From the NCBI GenBank assembly GCA_013265495.1, contig MU058824.1, positions 4,491,111 to 4,555,110 of the forward strand: a DNA stretch of 64,000 bases. The letters run 5' to 3'. The notes below the pieces were generated by a model that saw only the letters and a program-made list of their open reading frames with translations, was not told the origin of the DNA and did not search any database. The position numbers and the translations under genes are program-made. Source of the stretch: Vicugna vicugna (lineage: Eukaryota). Of the stretch, positions 51,960-64,000 are shown piece by piece; within the stretch, counting starts at the first letter, position 1; each line of letters starts with the position of its first letter.

Positions 51960-53945
51960 CTCCTTGAAAGCTCAAGTTAGAGAGCCAGCCAGAGAGCCAT
52001 CTTGCCAGTTTCCAGACTTCCAAATTTCACAGACATACAATTTATTTCTAATGGAGACTTATCTGGAGACTTGTCGAGATTGTATTGTGTCGCGTTAAGA
52101 TGTTAAATAACAACAATAATAAATACCATCTACTAGCTAACAACAAGCTAGAAAGAACATAATGTCAGAATAAAGGAAATGTTCTTTACATTGCAAATAT
52201 TTAGCATTGTAAAAAATGGATCACATTGTCTTTTCTTTCCTCAATAGGAAAATGAAACCTGGAAAACTTTATGGACAGGTGCCAATGTGTAGACTGGTAA
52301 TTGGGAACGGCTGCTCAGTTGATGAATTCTTTCTACAATGTCCTCGGCTTAAGGACTCCCAGCAGTGGAGAGGTGCTCCCCCACCACTGCTACCTCCTTC
52401 CAGCCCTGCATGGTAGGAGGTTTTTCCTTAAGTAAGGGTAAAATTAGCAGCCTCCACCCATAGGTCCTGATTTTGGCCTAGAGGGCAAGAGTCTCCCTGA
52501 AGTAGCCTAAACCGTTTTTATTTTCATGTGTGAAAGCATCTCTCAGATCCCCAGTGCCCACCTCCCATAAACCTCTTCCCTAGGCTGAATCCCCTATTCC
52601 TTCAGTCAATACTTACACTCAGCTGGCAGAGCAATAAAGTACATTCTATGCCTTCCAAGAGTCTGGTTGCTACAAAGTTAAGATTACAGATATTCGTGAA
52701 AAGATCCTGTGAAAGATTAGAAATCTGAAAACGTCTTTCCCTAGCCTAGCCAATTCAGAGCAGTACAGAAGTTTACTTATTCACCAACGTTGGCAGACAA
52801 GCAGCAGGCACCCAGGGGGCTACAGTCTCTTATATCACAAATTATATCGTTTGTATCTTTAGGTAAAATCTCCTCCACCATGCCTCTTGGGTCACTGAAT
52901 AATGCTGAGTTGTTTCTTTGATCACACTCCATTCTAAGTTTCTTGCTAGTGGCCTATGCTTTCAGTAGGAACACATGGGTTAATCTGCCACATAATTTGT
53001 TTTAGCTGTGAGTGATTTAAAAAAACACAACCTCACATCAACAGTGGTGAATAAGATGGTGTATTTCTCTTTGGTGTGCCTGGAAATAGGCATTCTAGGG
53101 CTGGATGGTACCCCTGCAATGTCAGGAGGCCAAGTTCCTTCTATCTTGTTCCACCATGCATGGTTTCCATTCCCAAGGTTACTCTATGGTCCAATGTGGC
53201 TTCTGTAGTTCCAGCCATTATATCCACATTCTGGCCAGACAGAAGGAGGAAAGGCAAAGAATAGTACTCCCTCCCTCTTTAAGAACATTTCCCTAACATT
53301 GTCCCCCACTTCTGTTGGCCATTCCTAGCTCCAAGGGAGGCTGTGTTGTTCTAATAATAAGGAAGAAGGGGGAAACTGAGGTTGGGAGCCAACTAGCTAG
53401 TGCCATATGTATAAGCGCAGACATAAGGTCAAATGATGACTAATCAGTCCCAGTGCTCAGCCTCTCCGGAAAGTCACTAAGCTTAACACCAAACTATAGG
53501 ACTCCACACCGAAAATACCCTAAAATAAGATCAGTGACCAGTGGGCAAAATTGAGACCAATGAAAACGTATCCAGTAGAATCACGATCGTTCAAGCAAAT
53601 AGGTTGTTTTAACCCAGATCTTCTGGATAAGTGTTTCCATGCAAGAATTCCTTCCCAGATGGAGACGTTATGTATTTCCAAAGTCCAAATCCTAATAAAA
53701 ATAAATTGAGGAATCTAGAAACCTGGGGAAAGTATTCTCCTCTGAGCACTGAAACTTAATGATAAACATAGCAATGTCACTAGTTCAAAGGAATCCAGTG
53801 ATACCAAATTGAAACTAAGAGAAGAAAACTTTAAGGCATGTTTGGAAAATTGAGGTCGACAGTTCCTGAATAGAATGGGAGCAGGAAGGAGAGAAGTGGT
53901 CACAATCTAATCAATCTTGCCTGTAGCTGTTGCCACCTTATAAGC

Positions 53946-54155
53946 AGTGGTGTCCTACAGCTGGCTTGTAAAGGAGAGAGAGACAGAGAGTGAACCAGCT
54001 AGTTACGAGCATCTCTTTCTGACTCTCAGTGGCATCACATCAGTAGCTTGAAATTGACCACAGTGGAAATATTTACACCTCTCCTCAGAAATTGGCAAAA
54101 ACTACATATCAGGACTTTTTCTGCCCCAGAGAGTCGGTTTACCAGCACATACTAG
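53946..54155. mobile_element. MER63-like hAT-Blackjack MITE
   Basis: cagtggtgt...gtagcttgaaattgacc...atttacacc...aaattggcaaa...tttaccagcacatactag, with degenerate inverted ends. Confidence 0.65.
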
Positions 54156-54540
54156 TCATAAGTGAGTGTCTGTGTCCTGGTCTATTTCTAATGGTAAGTC
54201 ATTTTTACAAATAAAATAAATATTAGTAAGTTCATACACATGGAATACTATGAGTGGTGTCAGAATAAATAACAAACTTTGGAAGCAAAATAAGTCCTTA
54301 TATTGGCAATTGCAACAAGTGATTCTGTGTAGTACTATTAAATTTGCTGGTGGATCTGAACGTTAATGTTATTTGAAAACTTCCCAATAATGATTGCTGC
54401 CATTTCCAAGTGTTTGAGTATTCACCACAGGCTATAGTTCTCTGTAAATATTTAACAGAAGCGATGCAAAGAGAAGATGTGATTGTTGTTGTAGAACACT
54501 CCAACGTGAAATCAGAAATTGCTCTAAAATCTGAATTGGC

Positions 54541-55462
54541 CAGGTACATGAAAAAATGCTCAATATCGCTAACTATCAGAGAAATGCAAATCAAAACTAA
54601 TAAGGTATCATCTCACACCAGTCAGAATGGCCATCATTCAAAAGTCCACAAACAATTAATGCTGGAGTGGGTGTGGAGAAAAGGGAACCCTCCTGCACTG
54701 CTGGTGGGAACGTAGTTTGGTGCAGCAATTATGGAAAACAGTATGAAGAGTCCTCAAAAAACTAAAACTAGATTTACCATATAATCCAGCAATACCACTC
54801 CCGGGCATATATTCAGAGGGAACTCAAATTTGAAGACACATGCACCCTAATGTTCATAGCAGCACTATATACAATAGTCAAGACACAGAAACAACCTAAA
54901 TGTCCATTGACAGATGACTGGACAAAGGGGATGTGATATGTATATACATATATGTATATGTATATTTTGTACACACACACACAAAATGGAATACTACTCA
55001 GCCATAAAAAAGAATCAAATAATGCTATTTGCAGCAACATGGATAAATCTGGAGATCATCATTTTTAGTGAAGTCACCCAGAAAAAAGAAAGGAAAATAC
55101 CATATATCACTTATATATGGAATCTAAAAAAAAAGATAAATGAACTTATTTACAAAACAGAAACAGACTCACAGACATAGTAAACAAACTCACGGTTATG
55201 GAAAGGGGAAGATGGTAGGAAGGGGTAAATTGGGAGTTCCAGATTTGCAAATATTAACTACTATATATAAAAGAGATTAAAAAACAAATTTCTTCTGCAT
55301 AGCACAGGGAACTATATTTATATCTTGTAGTAATCTATAATGAAAAAGAACAGGAAAATGAATGTATGTATGTATATGTATGACTGAAACACTATGCTAT
55401 ACACCAGAAATTGATACATCATAAACTGAGTATACTTCAATTTAAATAAATAAATAATAAAT
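54541..55462 (+). mobile_element. 5'-truncated L1 3' end with 13-bp TSD
   Basis: ORF2 C-terminal remnant MKKCSISLTIREMQIKT. TSD aatctgaattggc at 54528-54540 and 55463-55475. Confidence 0.92.
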
Positions 55463-57859
55463 AATCTGAATTGGCAAGAGCAATTTTTTTTTGAAACCCA
55501 AGGGCTGGATTTATTTGCTCTCTATTCATTTTCAGATCCCACTGTCTCCACAAATTTCAATTAAGTAAGGACAACCCGACTGGGGTCTCTAATCAGTCCA
55601 GGTGGCAGTAGCCAACAGCAAGAGCAATAATATTAAAGTCAATGGCAAAATCAAGACTAGGGCAAGCAGACCTCCCCTCCCCAAAAAAGTTTTCATTAAA
55701 GAAGGAAATGAGCGTTTGTGAAGCAACATGTACCCTAACACCCAACTTGAAGATATTTGGGACACACTCTTAATTCAACCAACATCAATGCAAAATGAAA
55801 GTTTTCCACGTCTGGAATATTTGTCACATAGTAAAGATTAAGACTATCAGATGGAGCAATTCTTTGTGTTTTTCAAGTTCATTTTTAAATGACAACTTTT
55901 AAACATCAAATATTTGTGGTATTCTCTTTCAATTTTTAAGTGATTTTCACTTGGCATTTATTTGGGGTTAATGTTCCCTTCGTTTTAACATTTTCTATAT
56001 ACAATGTCTATATCAGGCACTGATCATTTTGAAATAATCTTGTCATAATAATAGTAAACTATAAACTGTATTACTTACTGAAAACTTCTGAAACTTTTAA
56101 CATCATACTATCACAAAAATTGTTCACTGTTTATTATTGTGATCAATCCTTATTTAAAACCATGTAAGCAAGTGTTATGAAAAGTACAGAATAATTGATG
56201 ATTTCAGGAATTCTCAAGAAAGTCAGTTCCCCTCTTGGAACCTCAGATCAGCCACCTGTAAAAGGCCAGGAGGGCCAGGAGAACTCCATCTCCCACTCAC
56301 AGGATTCATGCTGCTTCGTTCCCCCGCTAAGCTCATGCAGGAAGAGGGATCAGTTTTGTTCATCTGTGTCCAGTGTTCCTGCTAAGTGGAGCTTTGGCAT
56401 TCCTCAGCCCAGGAAGCTCTTTTTGCAAATAACCAGTCATGGTAAAGTTTGCTTTTCTGAACCTTTGTACCATCTCTTTGAAAAATTATTACATGGAATA
56501 AAAAGCAACATATGCTTGTTAAAATAAATTTAAACAATGCAGAAGTATATAAAGTAAACGGTGTTTCTGTTTACTTTATGTACTTCTATCCCCAGTGGTA
56601 ATCATAGCCTTCCAGACTTCTCTCTCTGTTTATACAAACACATATACATATGTGTCTGAACGGGGGACCTGGGTTCAGGATCCATGCGCTGTCTCAGGAG
56701 GCAGAGGTGGGTGAGAGTTCACCCAAGCCTCCCCCTCAGGATAGGCTGAGTCCCAGCACACCCTCTCCACCCTCCCCAACCCATCTAAACACACCCCCTC
56801 AGGCCCGGAAGTTCCTGCAGTCACCCTCACACCCAGATCCCAGTGTTTTCTGGAAACTTAGCAACCACCCCCCAACTCCTCAGCCTTATCTACCTCAGCC
56901 ATGTGAATTAGTCAGAATGTGTGTGTATCTGTGTGTGTGTCTGTCTGTCTGTCCTGAGACTTTGTCACCATTTCTTTGTGTTTGTGATTTTGTATCTTTT
57001 TCTCAGATTGGAGTTAGTTCATTTTGTAACTTAGAAAAATAAATAATAATAAATAACAAATAGTGAATAATTTTCTGTTCTTTTCCTTTGTTAGTTTCTT
57101 GCTTTTTCTTATCTAAAAGCAAGCCATTTATTACAGGAAGGAGAGATAGACAAAAAGGGAAAACATGAAACACACAAACAGCTTCACCCACCCAGAGACA
57201 ATCACTGGTTAGCACCTGGGCGTGTAGCTCTCCGCACCTTCTACGCATCTAAGCGAATTTTAACAAAAATAGAATTTTATCATAGGGCACATTTATAGTT
57301 CTCCAATTTTCTCTACTTTTTACTTACTAATTTATGATAAATGCCCTTTCATGGTAGTAAGTTGAAATTTACCTCATTGTTTTTAAGCCTGCCTGGTGTC
57401 TGATGTTATGTCTGCTAAAATTTGTCTGACCAGCCTTCCTCTGATTGGCCTACTTCTGACTTTCACTGTTAGAAATGTACTGGAGGAATGCATCTGTTTG
57501 TGTGTGTGTGTTTGTGTGTGGCAGTGACTGTCTTTTCAAGTGTCATGTCCTGAGGGGAGCTGGGACTAGCGCACAATAGCCCTTTTCTACTCCTTGGAAC
57601 AAGTGGTTTCCTTAAAGGAAGGAACATGTTCCGGAAAACATGTTATTTCAGGGCCTCCCTGATTCCAGGATCCAGCCTGTCCCAGAGAGAAACTCCAGGC
57701 TGGTTGCAGGGCCAGGAGTGTGGAGGAAGAGCAGGGCAGGGGGTGGGGGTGTCCTGACAGCTGGGTTTCCAGGATCTTCCCTCTATCACATATCCTCTAG
57801 ACAAGGGGGTAGGATTCTCCCCTCCTCCATACCAGGGAAACTGAGACCCAGCTAGTGAG

Positions 57860-57906
57860 TGGGGGGGCGGGGGGGCAGGGGGGCAGGGCAGGGCAGGGCT
57901 AGGGCA
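57860..57906 (+). repeat. G-rich (GGGCA)-type low-complexity tract, G-quadruplex-capable
   Basis: gggggggcgggggggcaggggggcagggcagggcagggctagggc has at least seven G3+ runs with short loops. Confidence 0.7.
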
Positions 57907-59562
57907 GAGCAGAGATGAACAGAGCAGGGTTCTCCCTGCCCTTTGTCCTGGGGTGGAGCTGGGAGGGAAGTGGGATGTGGGCCAGGAGAGACACAGTCCA
58001 TACCTGTGCAGGTGCGAAGGCTTAGGGAGGCCTTAGCAGACCAGCTCAGGGCTGAGGTCTGTTAACCCAGAAGTTCAGCCCTGGGCAGATGTAATCTGGG
58101 GTGAGGCTTCGTGGGCTGCCCATTCAAACTGTATATGGCAAGGACCCCTTCCTTCTTCAAAGACAGATCCGAGGGGGGCTCATGCGAACAAGGCTATTAC
58201 TCAGGGAAACCCAGGGCAAATCAGATCCCCGGAGCTCCAGCTTTCCCTTCATCCTGAAGATGTGAAATGGGCCAGCTGAGAGCTTGCTGCAGACCCCACT
58301 CAGGAAAGGGCAGGTTAGCTTTGCACCTGCAAGTTCCAGCAGTGCTGGGAGGCACTGACCCAGAGTGCCCCACAGCGAGGGGTTCGGTCCCTCAGCTGTA
58401 AAACAGATGATGGGGTTGCTGTGAGCATGGACTAGTTGATACACAGAAAACACATTGCCCGCTCCATAGTAGGAGCCCAGGAAATAGGAAACCACGTTAG
58501 TAGAATTAACAGAGATAATGCTGCGTTTGGAGACTGGGAAGCCGGGGTTCAAGTGTGGCTCCCCCCAGACTTCCAAGTGACCTCGAGCAGCCCCTTCCCT
58601 CACTGCCACCAGATAAACACTCCCGGCTTTGCCAGCCTCCTGGTACCAGCCCTAGTCTCTGACCTTATACTGCCACCTCCTTCCCTTGGAGACAGAGGGG
58701 CTCCCTGCCAGCCTGTCACAGAGACCCTCCCTCTTCTTACACAGTGGGCTGCACTGGGCCGAATGGCAGGAGCACTTCAGGCCAACACTCCACAATGTAT
58801 GCACACGAGTGCGGCACGCACACGCACACGCACACACACACCCACACACACGGAAGAAAAGCAGGACTGTAGCGCTGCTCATCCCTTCTCTGGGTCATCG
58901 TTCCAGGCGCCCCTTAACCCCAGCCTCCCATCATCTCTGAGCAGATGCTCCTGCTTCACGGAGAAAACAATCTGGCATGAGGCCCTCATCTCGCTCCTCC
59001 CCCCACACACGACATGAGCATTTACCTCTATCCTCAAACATCTTTCCAGCAGCATCCCCCCACGCCCCGCCGTCAGGCCTGGCCCCTCGGACCGCTCCCT
59101 GTGCTCCAGCTCCCAGCACCCCCCTCCCTGGCTCTCTTCCTTGTTGGTGCACTATCAGTGTCTCCCTCTGTGAGCCTTTTCCTTTGGGCCTCACACATAC
59201 GCTCAACCTCCCCTTCTTAAAAGAACTTATTGTTAGTTCTTGAAAGACTGATAATAAACTCTCCTTCAAGGCACCCTCTCTGACCACAATACATGGTCCT
59301 TCTTCCCTTCAAATTATCTTCAGCTGTGATCTCCTGCTGACTCAGCTTCCACTGACTACACCACCCGGAGCACACACACACACACCCACACACGCACACA
59401 CACACCCTACTCCACTCCCTTCACTCAAACTGTTCTCACCAAGGTCATTGTTAACTGCTATGTTGCAAAATCAAAGGCTTCTTCTCCGAGCTCACCTTCT
59501 CCGGTCCCCCTAATGCTTTCAACCAGTTGACCCTGCCTCTCTGAGAACCACTCTCTCCCTCA

Positions 59563-59735
59563 TAGGGTTGCCAAATAAAATACAGGACACCCAGTTAAAT
59601 TTGAACCTCAGATAGACAACAAGTAATGCTCTAGTATAAGTATGTCCCAAATATTGCATACTAGAAATTAGTTATTGCCTGAAATTAAAATTGACCAGAT
59701 GTCCTGTATTTGTATTTGCTAAATCTGGCAGCCCT
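59563..59735. mobile_element. MER53-like MITE (intact)
   Basis: tagggttgccaaataaaatacaggacacccagttaaatttgaa...tttgctaaatctggcagcccta; palindromic structure. Confidence 0.85.
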
Positions 59736-61797
59736 ACTTCCCACTTCTCTGCCCCACTTGCTCTCCACCTTCCCGTCCCTTGTCTAGCTGTCCCTTCTCG
59801 GCCCCTCCCTTTTGTCAGCCTGCTCCAGGACTCTAGCCTTGATTGCCTGCCCTTCTCAAACTCCCTGCTCTCCTGGGACTGCCTTGTCCTCGCCCTCAGC
59901 TTCGCCTCCACATGGGGCTAGCTGCCCTCTGAGTCTCCAAGGACCTTCTCTCCAGCTCCTACTGCAGAAGTGACCACTCCCCTGTAGCCACAGCAGATTG
60001 CAATGCTGGTGTGTGTGTGTGCACGCTTGGAAAGACTGCACCTGCCCTGCCTGACAATCAAGGCTGCCTCTTTGTTGCCTTCATCTTCTGTTGCTCAGAA
60101 ACATGTTGGCCAAATGTGGCAAGAAGGGGTTCCCCCAGGAGCTGGCTGTGGTCTAGCCTCATCTCCTCATGCCCACTCTGGCTGAACCGCATACTCCCTG
60201 CCCCACACGTTCTCTGAACTTCCAGCTCCCTCTATCTGGACACACTACCCTCAACTAAGCTTGTCGAAGGGCCCTCTTTTCTTCAAGTCCAGCTCAAGGG
60301 CCACCTCCTCCCAGGTTTCCCTGAGTCTCTCAGCTCTCCCTCCTCTGAGCACCTGTGTTATTTGCACTCTTGTCCAGGTGACTAAATTGGGAGTTCATCA
60401 TGTGCTGGGACCAGGTCTGGTTGACTCCCACGTTCCCTGGAGGGGGGCCTGATACACAGTCAGTGCTCAGCCATGTTTATTGACTGGAGGAGAGAATGAC
60501 TGAATGAGTGCATGAGTGACGGAACCAATGAGTGAGGAGATGAGGAAGTAAGTTTCAGTGAATAGATGGAGTGGGTGGATGGACAGATGGACAGACAGAT
60601 GGCTGGATGGTTGGATGGATGTGCAAATGAGTGGGTGGTGAGCCAGTGAGCAACTGAGGAGCCCTGAGGGCTTGATAGAGTGCCTGCCACCTGCAGAGGG
60701 AGGCTGCCCCCCACTATTGCTTTGTTTTCAGAGCTGTGTGAGTCCAGCCTACAGACTCTCCCTCTACAGACCCAGGAAGGGTTGTGACCACACTGTACAG
60801 AGGCAAAGTCCTGGGCCTGGGGTCCTGAGACTTGGGTCCAGCTGAAGGTGCTCGTCCTGCAGCAAAGCTAACCCTGCTGGATGACAGAGAGGGGCCGAGG
60901 CTCGTACTTTTCTCCCCTCCCACATCTTGCACCTCTATCTCCACGCACCTGGAGGTCCTGCGGCCAGGTATTTCTTTGTGCCTGGACAGGCTCACCCACC
61001 TCTGAATGGTCTGGTCGCCTCAGAGATCAGGCCCCTGCTGAGTTCCTATGGAGGTGCACCGACCAGACCCCTCAGGGAAGGACTTCAGGTTGCAGGGCTG
61101 CTTTGTCTGAGTCAAACTCTGGTTAGGGGAGGGGGAGGGAAGAGCAAAGGTCGGGGAGGGTGATACTAAGGGCCTGTGTCATGTTTTGCATAAAATTTGC
61201 ATAATTCCTCTGTCTAATCCTGCTTCCTCCTCCTTACTCTTACAGATGTTGATCCTATAAACATCTCACACCCCAAACTCTGTCTGGGTTTCACCTTCAG
61301 AGAACATGATCTGAACAGTTTCATTCTGCTCAGTCTCCAGGTCATTCCCTGCAGCTGGTGCCCTTCACATGCATCTATAAAGACCCTACTTGGGGGCTCC
61401 AGGGTCCAGAGTGACCAGAACGTGGTCCCCAGGAGCTCCTGTCCCTAGGCTGTGCTGCTCCCCTCCCTGTGCTCAGCCCCCTCCACCCCTCTCCATCATC
61501 CTGACCCTCTCCCTGGCCCCTTACCCTGCTGCATCTCTGCAGCCCCAAGCCTCTCTCTCTGAGAGTCCTTCCTGTGGCAGCCACATGGCCAGGGTGGCCA
61601 GACCCCCTCTCAGGGTCAGTCCTGCCCCTCCTTCAACAGGCAGATCCTGGAAGAGTCATCTCTTCAGGGCTGGATTGAGACAGGAGTCAGGAGACTCAGA
61701 ATTCTGCACCCTTCAAACTGTACTCTAAATATGGCACGGCATTTACTTCATGGGTTCACAGAAAACAGATTTTCTATAAATAAAAACTGAACATATC

Positions 61798-61803
61798 TTT
61801 ATT
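61798..61803 (-). terminator. Probable SPAAR polyadenylation signal AATAAA
   Basis: tttatt on + (AATAAA on -), about 935 bp after the stop, followed on - by U-rich sequence (gtttttatttat...tctgttttctgtg). Confidence 0.6.
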
Positions 61804-62737
61804 TGTGCTGCAGACGAGAGCTTTGTTACATGCTGTCAACTTAACATAATGTTTTAACTTATTCGGAATTAGCTTTCAGTTCAGGATTTTTCTATCATTC
61901 CTGAGTGAGGCAAGTCACTCACATTGTCTAAGAATAGAAGTGACCTATAAGAACAGTAACAAAGTCTCGTTCAAAATAGGTTTCAAAGTCTTCTTTCTGG
62001 CCTTCCTGTTAATAAAACGTTTCGTACTTTCTGTGACTTTTTTTCCTCTTTGGTTTCCTTTTGTGGTTTCCCAACCCTGGTTCTCGGGAGGTCCATAAAA
62101 GGATATGCATTTTCAATTATAAAATAAATCACCAGTTCCCAGGACGCAGCCCTCTGGCTTCAGAATTTCAGGGCTGATTTCAGGTACCAGGTAGGGGGGC
62201 AGATCTCAGGGGTGGGCTCCCTAGGATGTGCTCGATCGTGTAAGTGGCAGAGTGGCTCACTGGGGGAACAGATAAGGAGCGGTTTGTAGAACTGTCCACT
62301 TGAGGGAGCTGCTTCCTCTGGTGGCAATAGAACCACTTTCACAGGCATCCTGGGATAGCTTGAGTTCTCCAACACTCTGTTCACGATAAAGTCCAGTGGT
62401 AATTCAGTTCACCATGTAGATCAGAAGAGCTGGCCCACCACGCTGCCCAACACTGCTGGGTCACTCACTCTCCGGACCTCTCCTTAGCTCCATCCTGTGG
62501 GTAGAGTCCAGCTGAGCTCTCAGGGGTCAGAGCTGACTCCCACCTGGTCTCATCACTGTGGGTCTCCCAGGCTGGAGGGCAGGGCAAGCCAGAATGGGAT
62601 GGGAAAGGAAGTCTGCGGACAAAGGCAGGGAAGGACAGGAATGCCACGCTTGGAGGAGTAGATCACCAGGGAAGGCTTGCTGTGGGGGCAGGTGAGTCTG
62701 ACCCACTAGCAGAGCAAATTCTGGGGGCTGTTAGGCC

Positions 62738-62965
62738 TCACATGAAGGTCCAGAAGTCCCGGGCACCCGCCACTGGCTGGGCGTGGCAACTTGGCCCCGT
62801 GAAGAGAGAAGCCTCCTGGCGAAACGTGGCCACTGTAAAGCTGCGGCCTGGGCCCCCCTGAAGATCCTGGGCCCTCGAGTCACAGCTAAAGCAGCAAAGG
62901 ACGCAGGTGATGGCCACGGTGACCACGAATAGCACGGCCACCACTCCGATCACTGCGGATTCCAT
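62738..62965 (-). CDS. SPAAR: Small regulatory polypeptide of amino acid response (SPAR micropeptide, LINC00961 locus), 75 aa
   Basis: [58 protein letters not shown]...DFWTFM. N-terminal TM helix with Cys cluster, Kozak GCCATGG, near-identical to the recalled human 75-aa isoform, and syntenic next to OR2S2 in convergent orientation. Confidence 0.96.
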   Translation of the reverse strand: MESAVIGVVAVLFVVTVAITCVLCCFSCDSRAQDLQGGPGRSFTVATFRQEASLFTGPSCHAQPVAGARDFWTFM

Positions 62966-64000
62966 GGCCCCACGTGGCAGCTGACCCCCTGAGCAACCTG
63001 GGGTGTGTCTTGGAGGCTTAGCTCCCCATCCGAAGTGGGGTGGGAGTCTCTTGGTGACGGCAAGTACCCTTGATCCTCTGGCCGCTCTCCCTGTGGTCTT
63101 CTAAGAAGACACTGGTCTGAGGCCTTGGCTCGTGCCCCTGCTGGATCGCTGGGCACCCCCCATGGCCCTATCCGACCTCAGAGTGTCTCTGTCACCATTT
63201 TCTAAGCCTTAGGCCAGGCTTCTGAGAGCTGTGGGCAACTCCGCTGGCAGCTCTGGAAGAAGTGCTGACCTGAGAGACGTGAGCTCAAGACTCTCTGGAC
63301 GCGGAGGAGCTGGAAGGAGAGGGCAGAAGACTTTGCTCAGAGGGAGCCTCGCTAACCCGGCCCTCTGGTGACGCCTCAGGATTTCAAGAGAGTTCATCGC
63401 TCAGACAAAAGACAAACTACTCCCCCTCTTGTGGATCCGGGATGAGCCCAGGCTCCTCCCCAGGAGGAATAGTGGGCTAGTCCTGGGATCAGCCTATCTG
63501 CGCCTCCCGAGGCCCTGGCCCGGGGCTGGGGGCAGGGACGAAGGTGGGGAGAGGCAGTGCCAGCTCCGGGCAGATGCGGGGAGCACTGCTAGGTCACCAC
63601 AGGTGCCCGTTTCACTTGGCCTCCTTTTCTGCACGGGGTGGGCGACCCTGTTTAGATGGGGTAGGTCATGCTCTGGGCGGGATATCTGAGCCCTTTCAGT
63701 GACTGCTGCAGGCTCCTTAGTTTCGAGGTTCCCGAGAAGCCCTCCTCTGCACCAGCCCCCAGCCCACCCCACTCCAACCCCCCTCCTTGCTGCCCGCTGC
63801 TCACAGATGTGAAAACTTACCCCAGGCTCCCTGAGGGACTGCTCAGCTGTATATCACACCGTGGCCAGGAGTCAGGCCATGGCATGTTCATCCCTGGGTG
63901 CTGCAGCCTTGGGCCTGCCTGAGACGAGGTTCTGAGCCGTCTAAGCGGCTGTGACACTTCCTGAATTCCTTCCTCCAATTGTGAGTGAGGGCCCAGGACC

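Noticed and set aside
54290..54715. 101-aa ORF as a novel gene
   Set aside because: It is a chance fusion of unidentified upstream sequence with an L1 ORF2 remnant at the TSD; the non-L1 part has no recognisable motif.
58157..59287. Overlapping 118-193 aa ORFs in GC-rich DNA
   Set aside because: They include microsatellite-derived residues, show no recognisable domain, and are expected by chance at this GC content.
1..64000. CRISPR arrays, operons or other prokaryote-type systems
   Set aside because: The sequence is mammalian; no regularly spaced repeat-spacer arrays or dense gene blocks were seen.

Overview
Mammalian genomic DNA, very probably camelid (alpaca/llama/camel), judged from two Vic-1-type tRNA-derived SINEs and a young L1 3' end. 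It appears syntenic with the human 9p13.3 OR2S2/OR13C-SPAAR interval. The left 39 kb holds four tandem, plus-strand, single-coding-exon olfactory receptor paralogues of the OR2S2/OR13C7 (mouse OR37-type) subfamily. Two are frameshifted pseudogenes, one has an in-frame deletion of the TM2 Asp, and one is full length but lacks the conserved TM6 His. Their coding regions are mosaic, consistent with gene conversion, and two copies share a homeodomain + O/E-like + TATA promoter block and a 5' UTR splice donor. The right end has the minus-strand 75-aa micropeptide gene SPAAR, with a poly(A) signal and three candidate uORFs. The middle is TE-rich. Notable items there are a MULE/Mutator-like DNA transposon with CpG-asymmetric TIRs inside a MER53, an unidentified TSD-flanked retrocopy, a U6 retrocopy nested in L1 in ERVL, a duplicated pair of CTCF-like sites, and an inverted duplication with splice-site-like architecture. 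I found no clearly new biological system. Repeat family names and orthology are from memory, not searches, and TE boundaries are approximate.
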